This document shows positions 48,721 through 58,030 of a stretch of DNA of 64,000 bases, piece after piece. The stretch's first letter is position 1. Each line of letters starts with the position of its first letter. The position numbers and the translations under genes are program-made. This DNA is from Aliarcobacter sp. (GTDB taxonomy: Bacteria; Verrucomicrobiota; Verrucomicrobiia; Methylacidiphilales; Verrucolacustridaceae). A model generated the notes under the pieces. That model saw nothing but the letters and a program-made list of their open reading frames with translations, did not search any database and was not told the origin of the DNA. Where the stretch lies: contig JBGSBI010000003.1 in NCBI GenBank assembly GCA_041730685.1, positions 4,413-68,412 of the forward strand. Reading direction: 5' to 3'.

Positions 48721-50283
48721 CTATTCGAAATGAGCCGCTTGCCGGATTTTTTCCAGTCTTACCCGAGCTGCCTGCGGATCAATAGGATGATTTCCATCCC
48801 GTTCACATGCCAGGGATGCCGCTACGGAGCCCAAAATTGAAGCGATCACAGGACACTGCTTTTTCGCCAATGCCAAGGTGGCATAAGAAAGAAGCGCATC
48901 CCCCGCACCTACTGCATCCACTAAGCGATCAACAAAAGAATCCACCGTGAAAAAAGACCGTACTTCCGGATTGGGAGCGCGGTAGGTCATCATTCCCCTT
49001 TCGCCCATTTTCAACATCAAATAACGGCATTTTGCCCGCTGATAGAGCTCCATGGCAAGAGGCCGTATCGTCGAATCCTGATCCCCTAGGGCAAAGCGGG
49101 CTTCCCTTTCGTTGGGTGTGATCAAATCAAAGCCCTGAAACTCCAAAATGTTTCCCCACCGACTCGCCACCTGACTGTCGGCCACTTTGAGAACTTCTTT
49201 TGGCAACGCCTCCGAAAGTTTTGGAATCGTTCCTGAACTAAAAATGCCGTGTCGGAAATCAGAAAAGACAACAGCATCGGCTGGGGTGTCGCGAATTGCT
49301 TCAGCAAAATGTGCTATATTTTTGTCGCTGATCGGCCGATTGTCCAGTTTGTCAACCTTGAGCATTCGGTATCCCCCGGCTGTGAAGAGGTTTTTCTGCG
49401 TGGTCGGTCGAGAAGAACTAACCAAAGGGACACAACGGACTCCCGCCTTTTCCAAATCTTCCCGAACAAACTTCCCTAATGCGTCATCGCCCAAGATTGT
49501 GCTTAGGGTGACCTCCGCCCCCGCTGCCCTCATATGCTTTGCCACAACTCCAGCTCCCCCCACAAAATCAACCTGTTGATCGTGCCGGAGGCTGAAGGTC
49601 GGAGTTTTTGTGTTCCCCCCAATCAAAGTACAGTAGGTATACGAGTCCACGATCATGTCGCCAACGATGTGGACTCGAACCCCACGGAAAGAATCCAAGG
49701 TTTTAAGCAGGTCGGAAAAATCGATTCCCTCCGCTTCCAATAGGGCATGTAGCTTGTCAGCCCCAAGGTCTGGGGGCCCCGTTTCGATAATATGAGACGA
49801 GGAGTAGACGATATCCCCAGGAGTAAAAAGGATTTCTCCCCCGTAACTTTCGAGGGCCTCAGCCTCCTCTTGGGTCTTGGGGTTGACTCTTCCTTTTTGG
49901 TATTCATAGCCCTTTGCAAAAAAATCGGGCTGTAGAAACCGAATATTTTCAATCGGGGTGGCATTGTTATCCACGATGACATAATCCACAATTTCTAGAG
50001 CGGCCAGATTCATCGCCCGGAGTGCCTGGGGAACGAATGGCCGATAGTTAGCTTTTGTGATGTGAGTGTCGCTCGTTAGGCTCGCAACCAAAATATCCCC
50101 TTTGCTTTTTGCATAGATGAGGTGCCGAATGTGGCCTGGGTGGACCAAGTCGAAAGTTCCATGGCACATGATGACCTTCTTTTTTCGGGGAAAAGGACCG
50201 ATGGCCGCACGCAGCTCTTCTCTAGTCTTGATCTTCCGCTTGTAGGTGGCCTGTTCTGGGGGGGTGAGTTGTTCGATCTGCAT
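48721..50283 (-). CDS. Bifunctional nucleotidyltransferase / PfkB sugar kinase (HldE-like, reversed domain order)
   Basis: N-terminal HGTFDLVHPGH; C-terminal TPNERE, DAVGAGD. Confidence 0.88.
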   Translation of the reverse strand: MQIEQLTPPEQATYKRKIKTREELRAAIGPFPRKKKVIMCHGTFDLVHPGHIRHLIYAKSKGDILVASLTSDTHITKANYRPFVPQALRAMNLAALEIVDYVIVDNNATPIENIRFLQPDFFAKGYEYQKGRVNPKTQEEAEALESYGGEILFTPGDIVYSSSHIIETGPPDLGADKLHALLEAEGIDFSDLLKTLDSFRGVRVHIVGDMIVDSYTYCTLIGGNTKTPTFSLRHDQQVDFVGGAGVVAKHMRAAGAEVTLSTILGDDALGKFVREDLEKAGVRCVPLVSSSRPTTQKNLFTAGGYRMLKVDKLDNRPISDKNIAHFAEAIRDTPADAVVFSDFRHGIFSSGTIPKLSEALPKEVLKVADSQVASRWGNILEFQGFDLITPNEREARFALGDQDSTIRPLAMELYQRAKCRYLMLKMGERGMMTYRAPNPEVRSFFTVDSFVDRLVDAVGAGDALLSYATLALAKKQCPVIASILGSVAASLACERDGNHPIDPQAARVRLEKIRQAAHFE

Positions 50284-50291
50284 TATCTTAT

Positions 50292-51296
50292 TTAGTTTTT
50301 CATGAAGGCAAACCAGGTGCGAGTCGCTTCTTGGATTGAAGAAGTGTCCCACACGGGGGCCTGCTTCCAGTAGTCGATCACCTTCAGCATTCGGCCCACC
50401 CCATCCTCAAGGCTCACTTTCGGCTCCCAATTTAGCTCGCTCCTAATTTTTGAAATGTCCGCCCAAGTACAATCCGGTTCGCCTGGCCGTTTGGGCACAT
50501 GAACCACAGGCCCCTGCAGAAGTTCCGCCAATCGGTTCACGCTCTGCGGAGCTCCCGCCCCTAGGTTGTAAATTCTACCGGAATGTTCGGAAAGGGCGGC
50601 CAACCAAAATGCTCGTGCAATATCACTGGCATAAAGAAAATCTCTTGCCTGCGATCCGTCTCCTACAACTGTGAACGGCTTGCCCGCCAATTTCTGGGCA
50701 AGAAAAACTCCGAAGACCGCTCCGTAGGCACCGGAGGTTCTTGATCGGATTCCGTAGGCATTAAAAATCCGGATGGAGTTTGCTGGAAGGCCGTAGACCT
50801 GGTTCCAGTGTAGAACTACCTGTTCCCCTTGATATTTGCTTAAGGCGTATGGATATCGTGTGTCGATCGTAGCGCCTTCAGTGGTTGGGAGCTCGGAGGC
50901 CAAGCCGTAACAAGACGAGGAGGCGGCATAGACCATCTTGCGCACCCCTGCATTTCGGGCCGCTTCCGCCATCCGGACAGTCCCCTGCACATTCACTTCC
51001 ATGTACTCCGAAGGCCTTTCAATGGAAGGCACGATGTCTCCGATCCCGGCAAAGTGAAAAAGATAGTGGGCGCCCTTGAACACAGCGGCATCAACGGAAA
51101 TGTTCCTAATGTCACCAACTTCCACCTTGAGTTTGGAAGATGCGCGGTGGTGGGAAAGATTATCTAACCGACCGCCACTAAGATTATCAAGGACCCGGAC
51201 CTCCAGTCCTTCCCCAATGAGCAGGTCCACCATATGACTGCCGATGAAGCCAGCTCCACCGGTGACCACGGCAACAGATGAGGAGTGTCCAGCCAC
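50292..51296 (-). CDS. NDP-sugar epimerase
   Basis: TGGAGFIGSH, ASSSCYG, YALSK. Confidence 0.9.
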   Translation of the reverse strand: MAGHSSSVAVVTGGAGFIGSHMVDLLIGEGLEVRVLDNLSGGRLDNLSHHRASSKLKVEVGDIRNISVDAAVFKGAHYLFHFAGIGDIVPSIERPSEYMEVNVQGTVRMAEAARNAGVRKMVYAASSSCYGLASELPTTEGATIDTRYPYALSKYQGEQVVLHWNQVYGLPANSIRIFNAYGIRSRTSGAYGAVFGVFLAQKLAGKPFTVVGDGSQARDFLYASDIARAFWLAALSEHSGRIYNLGAGAPQSVNRLAELLQGPVVHVPKRPGEPDCTWADISKIRSELNWEPKVSLEDGVGRMLKVIDYWKQAPVWDTSSIQEATRTWFAFMKN

Positions 51297-51303
51297 AATG
51301 ACT

Positions 51304-52338
51304 CTACTTGAGGGCGAGTTTTTTAATGGTCTTTACGTTGCTATAGGCATCGTTTTGCATGGCATCGGAAAACTCTCCACGCCGGAATGCCTGACAGAGA
51401 TCCCTCACCGCATCCTCAATCGTATGCTTGGGCTTCCAGCCAAGGGCCCGATAGATTTTATCCGAGTTCACATGATAAGAGCGGTTGTCGTCAGATTTTG
51501 ATTTTTCAATTTTGATAGGCTTCTTATCGGGAAACTCTTCTTCTACGACTTTTTTCACAAATTCTGCCAATTGGGAGATGGTGTGATTTTCAAAGCCCGC
51601 ATTAAATATTTGGCCAGCGAGTTTTGCGACAGGCCACTCTAAGGCCTGCACATAGACATCGGTGACATCCTCGATGTGAATATTCGGGCGCTTTTGATCC
51701 CCACCGAAAACTGTGATCACTCCCCGTTGGTAGGCATGGTTCGTGAGGATATTAATGCTGAGGTCAAACCGCATCCGCGGGGAGTACCCGCAAACCGTGG
51801 CTGGCCGGAAAATCACTGTGGTGAATTCTGGGGATTGATATTTCAGCAGGATGGGCTCACAAAGCCCTTTGTACTTGTTGTAGTCGGTCAAAGGAACTAA
51901 GGGATGATCCTCGGTAACATCCGGAGCATCACTGACCCCATAAACCGAACTGCTCGAAACATAGATGAATCGCTTTACGCCAACATCTTTAGAGTCTTTG
52001 ACCAACGACTCGAAGCACTCGTAATTGATGGTTTTACTCAGTTCTGGATCAAGTTCAAAACTGGGATCATTCGATATACAGGCCATGTGGATGACCGCGT
52101 CGCACCCCTCCAAGGCCTGTCGAAATGATATTTTGTCACGGATATCGCCCTTAATGACCTTTAGCTTGGGGTTTTCGGGGAGCCCCTTGTCGTAGGTAAT
52201 CATCAGATCATAAACCACGACATCGTAGCCTTTTTTGAGCAGTTTGGGGACGAGGATACATCCTTTGTAGCCCGCGCCTCCAGTCACCAAGACTCGACGA
52301 ATGGGTGTTGGCTTAGTTGTCTTATTGTCGTTGGGCAT
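51304..52338 (-). CDS. NDP-sugar epimerase/dehydratase
   Basis: TGGAGYKG, ISNDP, YNKYK, SPRMRFDL. Confidence 0.88.
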   Translation of the reverse strand: MPNDNKTTKPTPIRRVLVTGGAGYKGCILVPKLLKKGYDVVVYDLMITYDKGLPENPKLKVIKGDIRDKISFRQALEGCDAVIHMACISNDPSFELDPELSKTINYECFESLVKDSKDVGVKRFIYVSSSSVYGVSDAPDVTEDHPLVPLTDYNKYKGLCEPILLKYQSPEFTTVIFRPATVCGYSPRMRFDLSINILTNHAYQRGVITVFGGDQKRPNIHIEDVTDVYVQALEWPVAKLAGQIFNAGFENHTISQLAEFVKKVVEEEFPDKKPIKIEKSKSDDNRSYHVNSDKIYRALGWKPKHTIEDAVRDLCQAFRRGEFSDAMQNDAYSNVKTIKKLALK

Positions 52339-52356
52339 ATGCAGATTCCTTTTAGG

Positions 52357-53085
52357 TTAGATTTGAAAACCCGCCGAAACAGCGTCCCGATGGAACATCT
52401 TGACCGTGTCTAGGCTGAGGGCGGAAAGGTCTGTGCCCCACATCGATTTTGCTTTGGCCAAAATCTCATGAGGCACCGTCACGATGTGACAACCACTTTC
52501 CGCGGCTTGGCGCAAATTGAGCACCTCTCGGACGCTGGCCCAGAGAAGTTCGGCTTTGGGAAGATCTCCAAGGATACCCCGGCACTCTTTCATCATCGGC
52601 ATTGGATCCAACCCCGTATCCGCAATCCTGCCAGCGAAGACAGAGACAACGGCAGAAGCCTCCTTGGGAAGAACTCGGGCCAAAGCGCTGACCTGCTCCA
52701 GCGGCAGAAGCGCTGTAATGTTCAGCGCGACACCCTCCAAGGCTAGGTCCTTAATCAATGGCAGGCTGGTCTCTCCCTTTGTATTGGTAATCGGAATTTT
52801 GACGTAAATATTCTTGCCCCACCCACGGATTTGTAAGGCCTGTCTTTTCATGGTGGGAAAATCATCGGCGAAAACCTCGAAGGAAATGGGCTTGTTTTGT
52901 ATCACTCCAAGGACTTCGTGTGCAAATTTTTCGTAGGCCGTAACTCCGGCTTTTTTCATCAGAGTGGGGTTGGTGGTTAACCCGGAAATCAACGGATCGG
53001 CCGCAAGTTTTTTCATCCCCTCAAGATCAGCACCATCCGCGTAAATCTTTATTCCAAGACTATGGAGAAGAGTAGAGGTGTTCAT
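52357..53085 (-). CDS. Short transaldolase (TalC/FSA family)
   Basis: YADGAD, TTNPTL, YVKIP Schiff-base Lys, SVFAGRI, LWASVRE. Confidence 0.92.
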   Translation of the reverse strand: MNTSTLLHSLGIKIYADGADLEGMKKLAADPLISGLTTNPTLMKKAGVTAYEKFAHEVLGVIQNKPISFEVFADDFPTMKRQALQIRGWGKNIYVKIPITNTKGETSLPLIKDLALEGVALNITALLPLEQVSALARVLPKEASAVVSVFAGRIADTGLDPMPMMKECRGILGDLPKAELLWASVREVLNLRQAAESGCHIVTVPHEILAKAKSMWGTDLSALSLDTVKMFHRDAVSAGFQI

Positions 53086-53642
53086 GCGGGTAAGTTTTTA
53101 TTATGCAAAACCCAACGGGCCCCCTCAAGGACATTCCCTACTATAACATTAGGTTCAAGGGGTTTTGCCTCTTGGTACCCACGGTCAATGAAGATGCATC
53201 GACATCCCGCAGCCCTCCCCGCATCGATATCGCCCTTTCGGTCTCCCACCATGTAGGAGCGCGTCAGATCGAGATCCCAAGTGACCGCTGCTTCCAACAG
53301 CATGCCTGGGGCTGGCTTCCGGCGTGGTCCTGGGGCCTCCGAGGGATCGGTGCAGACCAAGATATCATCGAGTGGAAGCTGCCCCCTCAACCGTCGATGC
53401 ATTTCCTCAAGAATCCCCAGCGAAAGGATGCCTCGTCCCACGTCAGGTTGGTTGGTCACCACCACAAGAAGAAACCCCTCTTCTTTGAGCAACTGGCAGG
53501 CCTCCCGTGCTTCTGGCAAAATCTCAAACTCATCAAGAGTAGTCGGGGCATACCCCTTCCCGTCACGAATCAGGGAAAGCGTTAACACCCCGTCGCGGTC
53601 CAAGAAAACCGCGCGCTTTACTTTTTTACGGATGACTCCCAT
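53082..53642 (-). CDS. GmhB-like sugar-bisphosphate phosphatase (HAD IIIA)
   Basis: FLDRDGV, VTNQ, RKPAPGML, VGDR. Confidence 0.9.
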   Translation of the reverse strand: MGVIRKKVKRAVFLDRDGVLTLSLIRDGKGYAPTTLDEFEILPEAREACQLLKEEGFLLVVVTNQPDVGRGILSLGILEEMHRRLRGQLPLDDILVCTDPSEAPGPRRKPAPGMLLEAAVTWDLDLTRSYMVGDRKGDIDAGRAAGCRCIFIDRGYQEAKPLEPNVIVGNVLEGARWVLHNKNLPA

Positions 53643-54220
53643 TTGTTGCTAAATTGTTTCAGATCAGGATGGCTGACAAGGGCATGCCAGGCCACAGCAT
53701 GAAAGGACTCCGTGTGAGGCGTGATCAGATCCGCATCGATCGTCGGTATGATCAACACCGCGTGACCTTTTTTTGCAGTTTCTCCCCCATCCCTGCCCAC
53801 GATGCCCAGGATCCTCATCCCGTGGGCGATGGCATAATCGATAGCCTCCACGAGGTTGGGACTGATATTTCGAACTTTGTCGCCCCCGCCAACAGACATA
53901 ATGAAGATCGCGTCCTTGGATTCGGCTCGGCTGACCTTAAGCCATGCGGAAAAAGTGGTCGCCCAGCCCTCGTCATTCGTGCGGGCGGTTAGTTCACTGA
54001 CATTGTCAGTAGGGGCGTAGGCCTCAATCCCTGCGATTTTCCGAAAATCATTCACCGCGTGAGAGCAGTTGGCGGCACTGCCACCAACTCCAAGAAAGAA
54101 AAGCCTCCCCGCGCGATTTCGAAGGTCTTTCAGCTCCTTCACCATCAAATCAAGCCGCGCCGGATCAATCGCCAAGGCTATTTCACTAGCTTGCTGAAGA
54201 TATTTTTTACTATGATTCAT
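53618..54220 (-). CDS. GmhA-like phosphosugar isomerase (SIS)
   Basis: GVGGSAANCSH, TARTND, SVGGG...SPNL, TESFH. Confidence 0.88.
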   Translation of the reverse strand: MNHSKKYLQQASEIALAIDPARLDLMVKELKDLRNRAGRLFFLGVGGSAANCSHAVNDFRKIAGIEAYAPTDNVSELTARTNDEGWATTFSAWLKVSRAESKDAIFIMSVGGGDKVRNISPNLVEAIDYAIAHGMRILGIVGRDGGETAKKGHAVLIIPTIDADLITPHTESFHAVAWHALVSHPDLKQFSNKWESSVKK

Positions 54221-54480
54221 CTTATATTGTTATCATATATTTGGTTATAAGGACCACTAAAATTAGGCTTCCTGCTTTTGGCAATTTGCGTTTTTCGCCC
54301 GCGTGTTGACCAGTAGATCAAAATTCTTTGCCATTGAGAATTCTCCTCAGGACTATCTAAGCTTTTTAAAGGCAAATTGCGGCAAGTTTTGATGTTTTGT
54401 TTAGCCTACATAATTGTATCACTCTAAATCATTTGCAGTTTATTTGCGCTTAGTGAAATAGGCTTTGAGGCATCCAGCAA

Positions 54481-54498
54481 CATGCTACCGCCCTTGGC
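54481..54498 (-). promoter_or_regulatory. ops/JUMPstart-like element
   Basis: Minus strand reads GCCAAGGGCGGTAGCATG, matching ops GGCGGTAGnnTG, oriented toward the long glycan operon. Confidence 0.55.
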
Positions 54499-54901
54499 CG
54501 ATCGGACTCGCTCCCGCGGATCCAAAGCCAATCGGACTCTGATAGCTTCTATTTTTTCGATTAACGGACTTGAAAAAAGGGTTTCGATTCCTAAAGCAAA
54601 AATTAACCTTTAAGAATCTTGTTCTATGCTATTTCGACCGGCTAACAGAAGAAAGCCTTTTGCCGAGAGAACGCCTTCGCCACTGGCGTCGTCCTCAGTG
54701 ATTAAAAATCTGGCGGAAAGGATCTATGTGGGTCCGTGCTTGGCCGTTTGATCCCCAAGGCTTTGATTTCGCCCCTGATTTCAAACAGCGATCTAAACGT
54801 CAGGCCTAGCGGACCCCTCCAAACTCGAAATCCATTACCCGACCTCCAATGGGGCTGAATCTTGAATCGCAAAGGAACGGGTTCCCCTCTAACTTCTAGG
54901 A

Positions 54902-56791
54902 GTGCAGGAGCTGAAAAAAATCTGGGCGTTTGGGATTCCTTACCTCAAGCCTTACCGATTCCGATTTGTCCTCGGGATTGCCTTAAGCATCTTTTTTGGT
55001 GTTTCTAACGGTTTGTTTGTTTTGTCGATCAATACCTTGTTCAACCGTTTGACCCCCGCCGCTGCTCAAACTCCGCCGGTGGCCCAGGTCGAATCGATTC
55101 CCGCCGCCGAAACCGTTTCTTTCGACAAAAAAATCAAGGCCGCTCTGAAAGAAAAAACCGCGGCCATAGGCAAGAGCTTCCAAGCCGCTTCGGACGATTG
55201 GCTTCCGCGGATGGGTCAGAAAATCACCTGGAAGCAGATGCTCGGCGGCTTTTCTCTTCTTCCTCTTGTCATGGGCCTTCGGGCTATGGCCAGCTATTTC
55301 AGCACCTACTGCCTTACCTGGGTCAGTGCTCGAGTTATCCGAGACATGCAAGTCGCCGCCCTGCGTAAAGTGCAGGAACTTTCCATGGCCTTTTTTCAGA
55401 AAATGTCGGTCGCAGATCTTTATGCAAGGATTACTGCAGACACCGGTGCGATCTATGCCGCCATGACCAATGGATTTATCGACACCATCCGCGAACCTTT
55501 TGCTGTTTTGAGTATTCTGATCAGTATGTTGGTGATCGACTGGAAGCTGACCCTTATCTCCGTCTGCATGCTTCCTCTGGTCGCTGTTCCTGTTGTCTCC
55601 AGTGGTCGGCGTCTGAAGGCTCTCACAAGGAAATTTACAGGCTTAGCCGTCACCCAGAGTGGCGGACTTTTAGAAGCCCTTGCTGCAGTCCGAATCGTAA
55701 AGGCCTACGCGATGGAAGCTCTCCAACTGCGATCCTTCCGCGAGCAGGCGAATCTCGGGGTAGAGATGAGCGTGAAGACAGCTCAGACACGAAATCTACT
55801 AAATCCCCTGATCGAGATTCTGGCAATGCTGGGGATCGGATTTCTTCTTATTTTCGTTTTCTCTACCAGCGCTAAGCCCGGTAATCTCGTAGCTTTCCTC
55901 AGCGCTCTCCTCCTTGCTCCTCTGTCGATTAAGCGGATTGCCAATCTGCATCTAACCCTTCAGATGACCACAGTAAGCACTCAGAGACTGGAGGAGCTGT
56001 TTTCGGAAAAACCTACGGTGGTCGAGCCCGCCAACCCTCGCCCCTTAAAATCCTTCCGAGAGGGGATCCTCTTGCAAAATGTAACCTTTTCTTACGGACA
56101 TACCGATGTTCTCCACGATATTAACTTGGAGATTCCAAAAGGGAAAAAAATTGGGCTGGCAGGAGAAAGTGGTTCAGGCAAAAGCACTCTGATCAACCTG
56201 CTGATGCGTTTCTACGATCCGACAAAAGGCAAGTTGCTTTTCGACGGCCACGACTTGCGCGACTACGCGACAAAAGACTTACTCCACCAGATGGCTCTAG
56301 TCAGCCAGGACGTCGTCCTCTTTAACTTGCCCGTTGGGATCAACATTGGTTTTGGCAAAGAGAATCCAACCCAGCAGGAAATCGAACAAGCGGCCAAACA
56401 TGCCTACGCTCACGACTTCATTCTGCAGATGCCGGCCGGTTACGATTCTCCATGCGGAGAGCGTGGGCAGCTTCTTTCTGGTGGGCAAAAAGCCCGTGTC
56501 GCGATTGCTAGGGCATTCGTCCGTAACGCTCCGATCCTAGTTCTAGACGAACCGACCGCTGCCTTAGATTCCCGTGCAGAAAAAGAGATCCAAACCGCCA
56601 TCGACTCGCTGGAGGAGGGGAGAACCGTCATCTGCATCGCCCACCGCCTCTCGACCCTGGCGAATATGGATGAGATTATCGTCTTGGACCACGGACGGAT
56701 TGTGGAACGTGGGACATTTGAAGAACTTCTCCGAGCCAAGGGACATTTCGCGAAGATGGCGGAGCAGCAGAGGCTGACGGCGGCCAGCTGA
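54902..56791 (+). CDS. MsbA-like ABC exporter (TMD plus NBD)
   Basis: GESGSGKST, LSGGQ, LDEPTAALD, IAHRLST; N-terminal TMD. Confidence 0.9.
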   Translation: MQELKKIWAFGIPYLKPYRFRFVLGIALSIFFGVSNGLFVLSINTLFNRLTPAAAQTPPVAQVESIPAAETVSFDKKIKAALKEKTAAIGKSFQAASDDWLPRMGQKITWKQMLGGFSLLPLVMGLRAMASYFSTYCLTWVSARVIRDMQVAALRKVQELSMAFFQKMSVADLYARITADTGAIYAAMTNGFIDTIREPFAVLSILISMLVIDWKLTLISVCMLPLVAVPVVSSGRRLKALTRKFTGLAVTQSGGLLEALAAVRIVKAYAMEALQLRSFREQANLGVEMSVKTAQTRNLLNPLIEILAMLGIGFLLIFVFSTSAKPGNLVAFLSALLLAPLSIKRIANLHLTLQMTTVSTQRLEELFSEKPTVVEPANPRPLKSFREGILLQNVTFSYGHTDVLHDINLEIPKGKKIGLAGESGSGKSTLINLLMRFYDPTKGKLLFDGHDLRDYATKDLLHQMALVSQDVVLFNLPVGINIGFGKENPTQQEIEQAAKHAYAHDFILQMPAGYDSPCGERGQLLSGGQKARVAIARAFVRNAPILVLDEPTAALDSRAEKEIQTAIDSLEEGRTVICIAHRLSTLANMDEIIVLDHGRIVERGTFEELLRAKGHFAKMAEQQRLTAAS

Positions 56792-56843
56792 AAAGCGCCT
56801 AGATTCAAAAAGCGGAACTCGAAAAGCGAAAAGCGGAAAAAGC
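56790..56843 (+). repeat. Degenerate AAAGCGG/GAAAAGC short tandem repeats
   Basis: aaaagcg..aaaaagcggaa..gaaaagcgaaaagcggaaaaagc. Confidence 0.6.
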
Positions 56844-56899
56844 ATTACAATTATATGGTCGATGATTGACTGATGGCATGCACATAGTATATTACCAAC

Positions 56900-57133
56900 A
56901 TGGTACGAACCCAGATTCAGTTCCAAAAAAAGACTTATGAAAATCTAAAAACAAAATCCAAGGAGACGGGAAAGAGCATATCGGAAATTGTCCGCAGATC
57001 CCTCGATCAGACGATCGAATCGCAAGAGTGCGATCAGAAATGGGCCCGTGCCTTAAACTCGTTGGGCAAATTTGCAAGCGGTCTCGACAATCTGGCTGAA
57101 AAACACGATGAACACCTGGGCGATCGTTGGTGA
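56900..57133 (+). CDS. RHH/CopG-type antitoxin
   Basis: MVRTQIQF...SISEIVRRSLD...FASGLDNLAEKHDEHL. Confidence 0.85.
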   Translation: MVRTQIQFQKKTYENLKTKSKETGKSISEIVRRSLDQTIESQECDQKWARALNSLGKFASGLDNLAEKHDEHLGDRW

Positions 57134-57534
57134 AGGCTGTCTTTATCGACACCTCGGCTTTCTTGGCAGCACTGGACAAAGGGGATCGTTTTCACGAAAA
57201 CGCGGCAAAAAAATGGTCCTCGCTGGCCAACCACCGAAGCGAGCTTTGGACGACCGACTATGTCCGATTGGAAAGCTGGTCTCTTATTCAGCGACGGTTG
57301 GGCGCAGAGGCGGTGATGGCCTTTCAGGACGACTGGTTGCCCTTATGCAAAATTCATGAGGTTGGTCGTGATGGATTCGAACGAGCGGCCGCTCAGTGGC
57401 GGATTGCCCAGCGTCGTAACCTCAGCTTGGTAAATTTGACCAGTTTTGATGCGATGCGTCAGCTGGCCATCCGAACAGCCCTAGCGTTTGACCAGCATTT
57501 TCAGGAGATGGGGTATTTGGAGGTTGAGGCGTGA
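57130..57534 (+). CDS. VapC/PIN toxin
   Basis: FIDTSAF, TTDYVRLE, AFDQHF; coupled to the antitoxin. Confidence 0.9.
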   Translation: MKAVFIDTSAFLAALDKGDRFHENAAKKWSSLANHRSELWTTDYVRLESWSLIQRRLGAEAVMAFQDDWLPLCKIHEVGRDGFERAAAQWRIAQRRNLSLVNLTSFDAMRQLAIRTALAFDQHFQEMGYLEVEA

Positions 57535-57557
57535 AAAGTGAGAAAACAGAGCCCCAC

Positions 57558-57590
57558 AAAGCGGAATTCGGAAAGCGGAAAGCGGAAATT
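57558..57590 (+). repeat. GCGGAAA-type short tandem repeats
   Basis: aaagcggaattcggaaagcggaaagcggaaatt. Confidence 0.6.
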
Positions 57591-57616
57591 TAGATAAACC
57601 AAAAGCACACAATAAA

Positions 57617-57961
57617 ATGAAGACTGAATTGGAGAACAGGACTAAAAGGTTCTCTTTAAATCTGATATCGATCTTGAAAACCCTTCCCAAGGGATATTTA
57701 GGAGACGTGATCGGACGACAGCTTCTTAAATCAGGAACTTCGATTGGAGCAAACTATCGTGAGGCGAATAGGGCATATTCGAAGGCCGACTTTGTTCATA
57801 AAGTGAATCTTGCCGAAAAGGAGGCTGCCGAGACGGTCTACTGGTTGGAGATATGCATGGAGGCAGGACTCGGGACATTCGCAAAGATCCAAGGACTGGC
57901 CCAAGAGGCAAAGGAGCTACTAGCAATCCTAACCACCATTGGCCGTAATACTAAAAAATGA
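57617..57961 (+). CDS. Four-helix-bundle protein (23S rRNA IVS-encoded/S23-like family)
   Basis: RQLLKSGTSIGANYREA..SKADF.HK...KEAAETVYWLE. Confidence 0.9.
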   Translation: MKTELENRTKRFSLNLISILKTLPKGYLGDVIGRQLLKSGTSIGANYREANRAYSKADFVHKVNLAEKEAAETVYWLEICMEAGLGTFAKIQGLAQEAKELLAILTTIGRNTKK

Positions 57962-58030
57962 GTCCTTTTTCCCGGTTTCCGAATTGGCCCCCGTGTGCCT
58001 GCCCCTGGCCTAAGCAGCTTTCCGCTTTTT

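Noticed and set aside
44660-54220. Complete lincosamide antibiotic cluster
   Set aside because: No proline-moiety, mycothiol/ergothioneine-transfer, aminotransferase or resistance genes; context is surface glycan
56790-57590. Possible CRISPR array
   Set aside because: Repeat units are about 6-7 bp and degenerate, with no regular spacers and no cas genes
57617-57961. Avd of a diversity-generating retroelement or a 23S rRNA intervening sequence
   Set aside because: No reverse transcriptase, template/variable repeat pair or rRNA in the window
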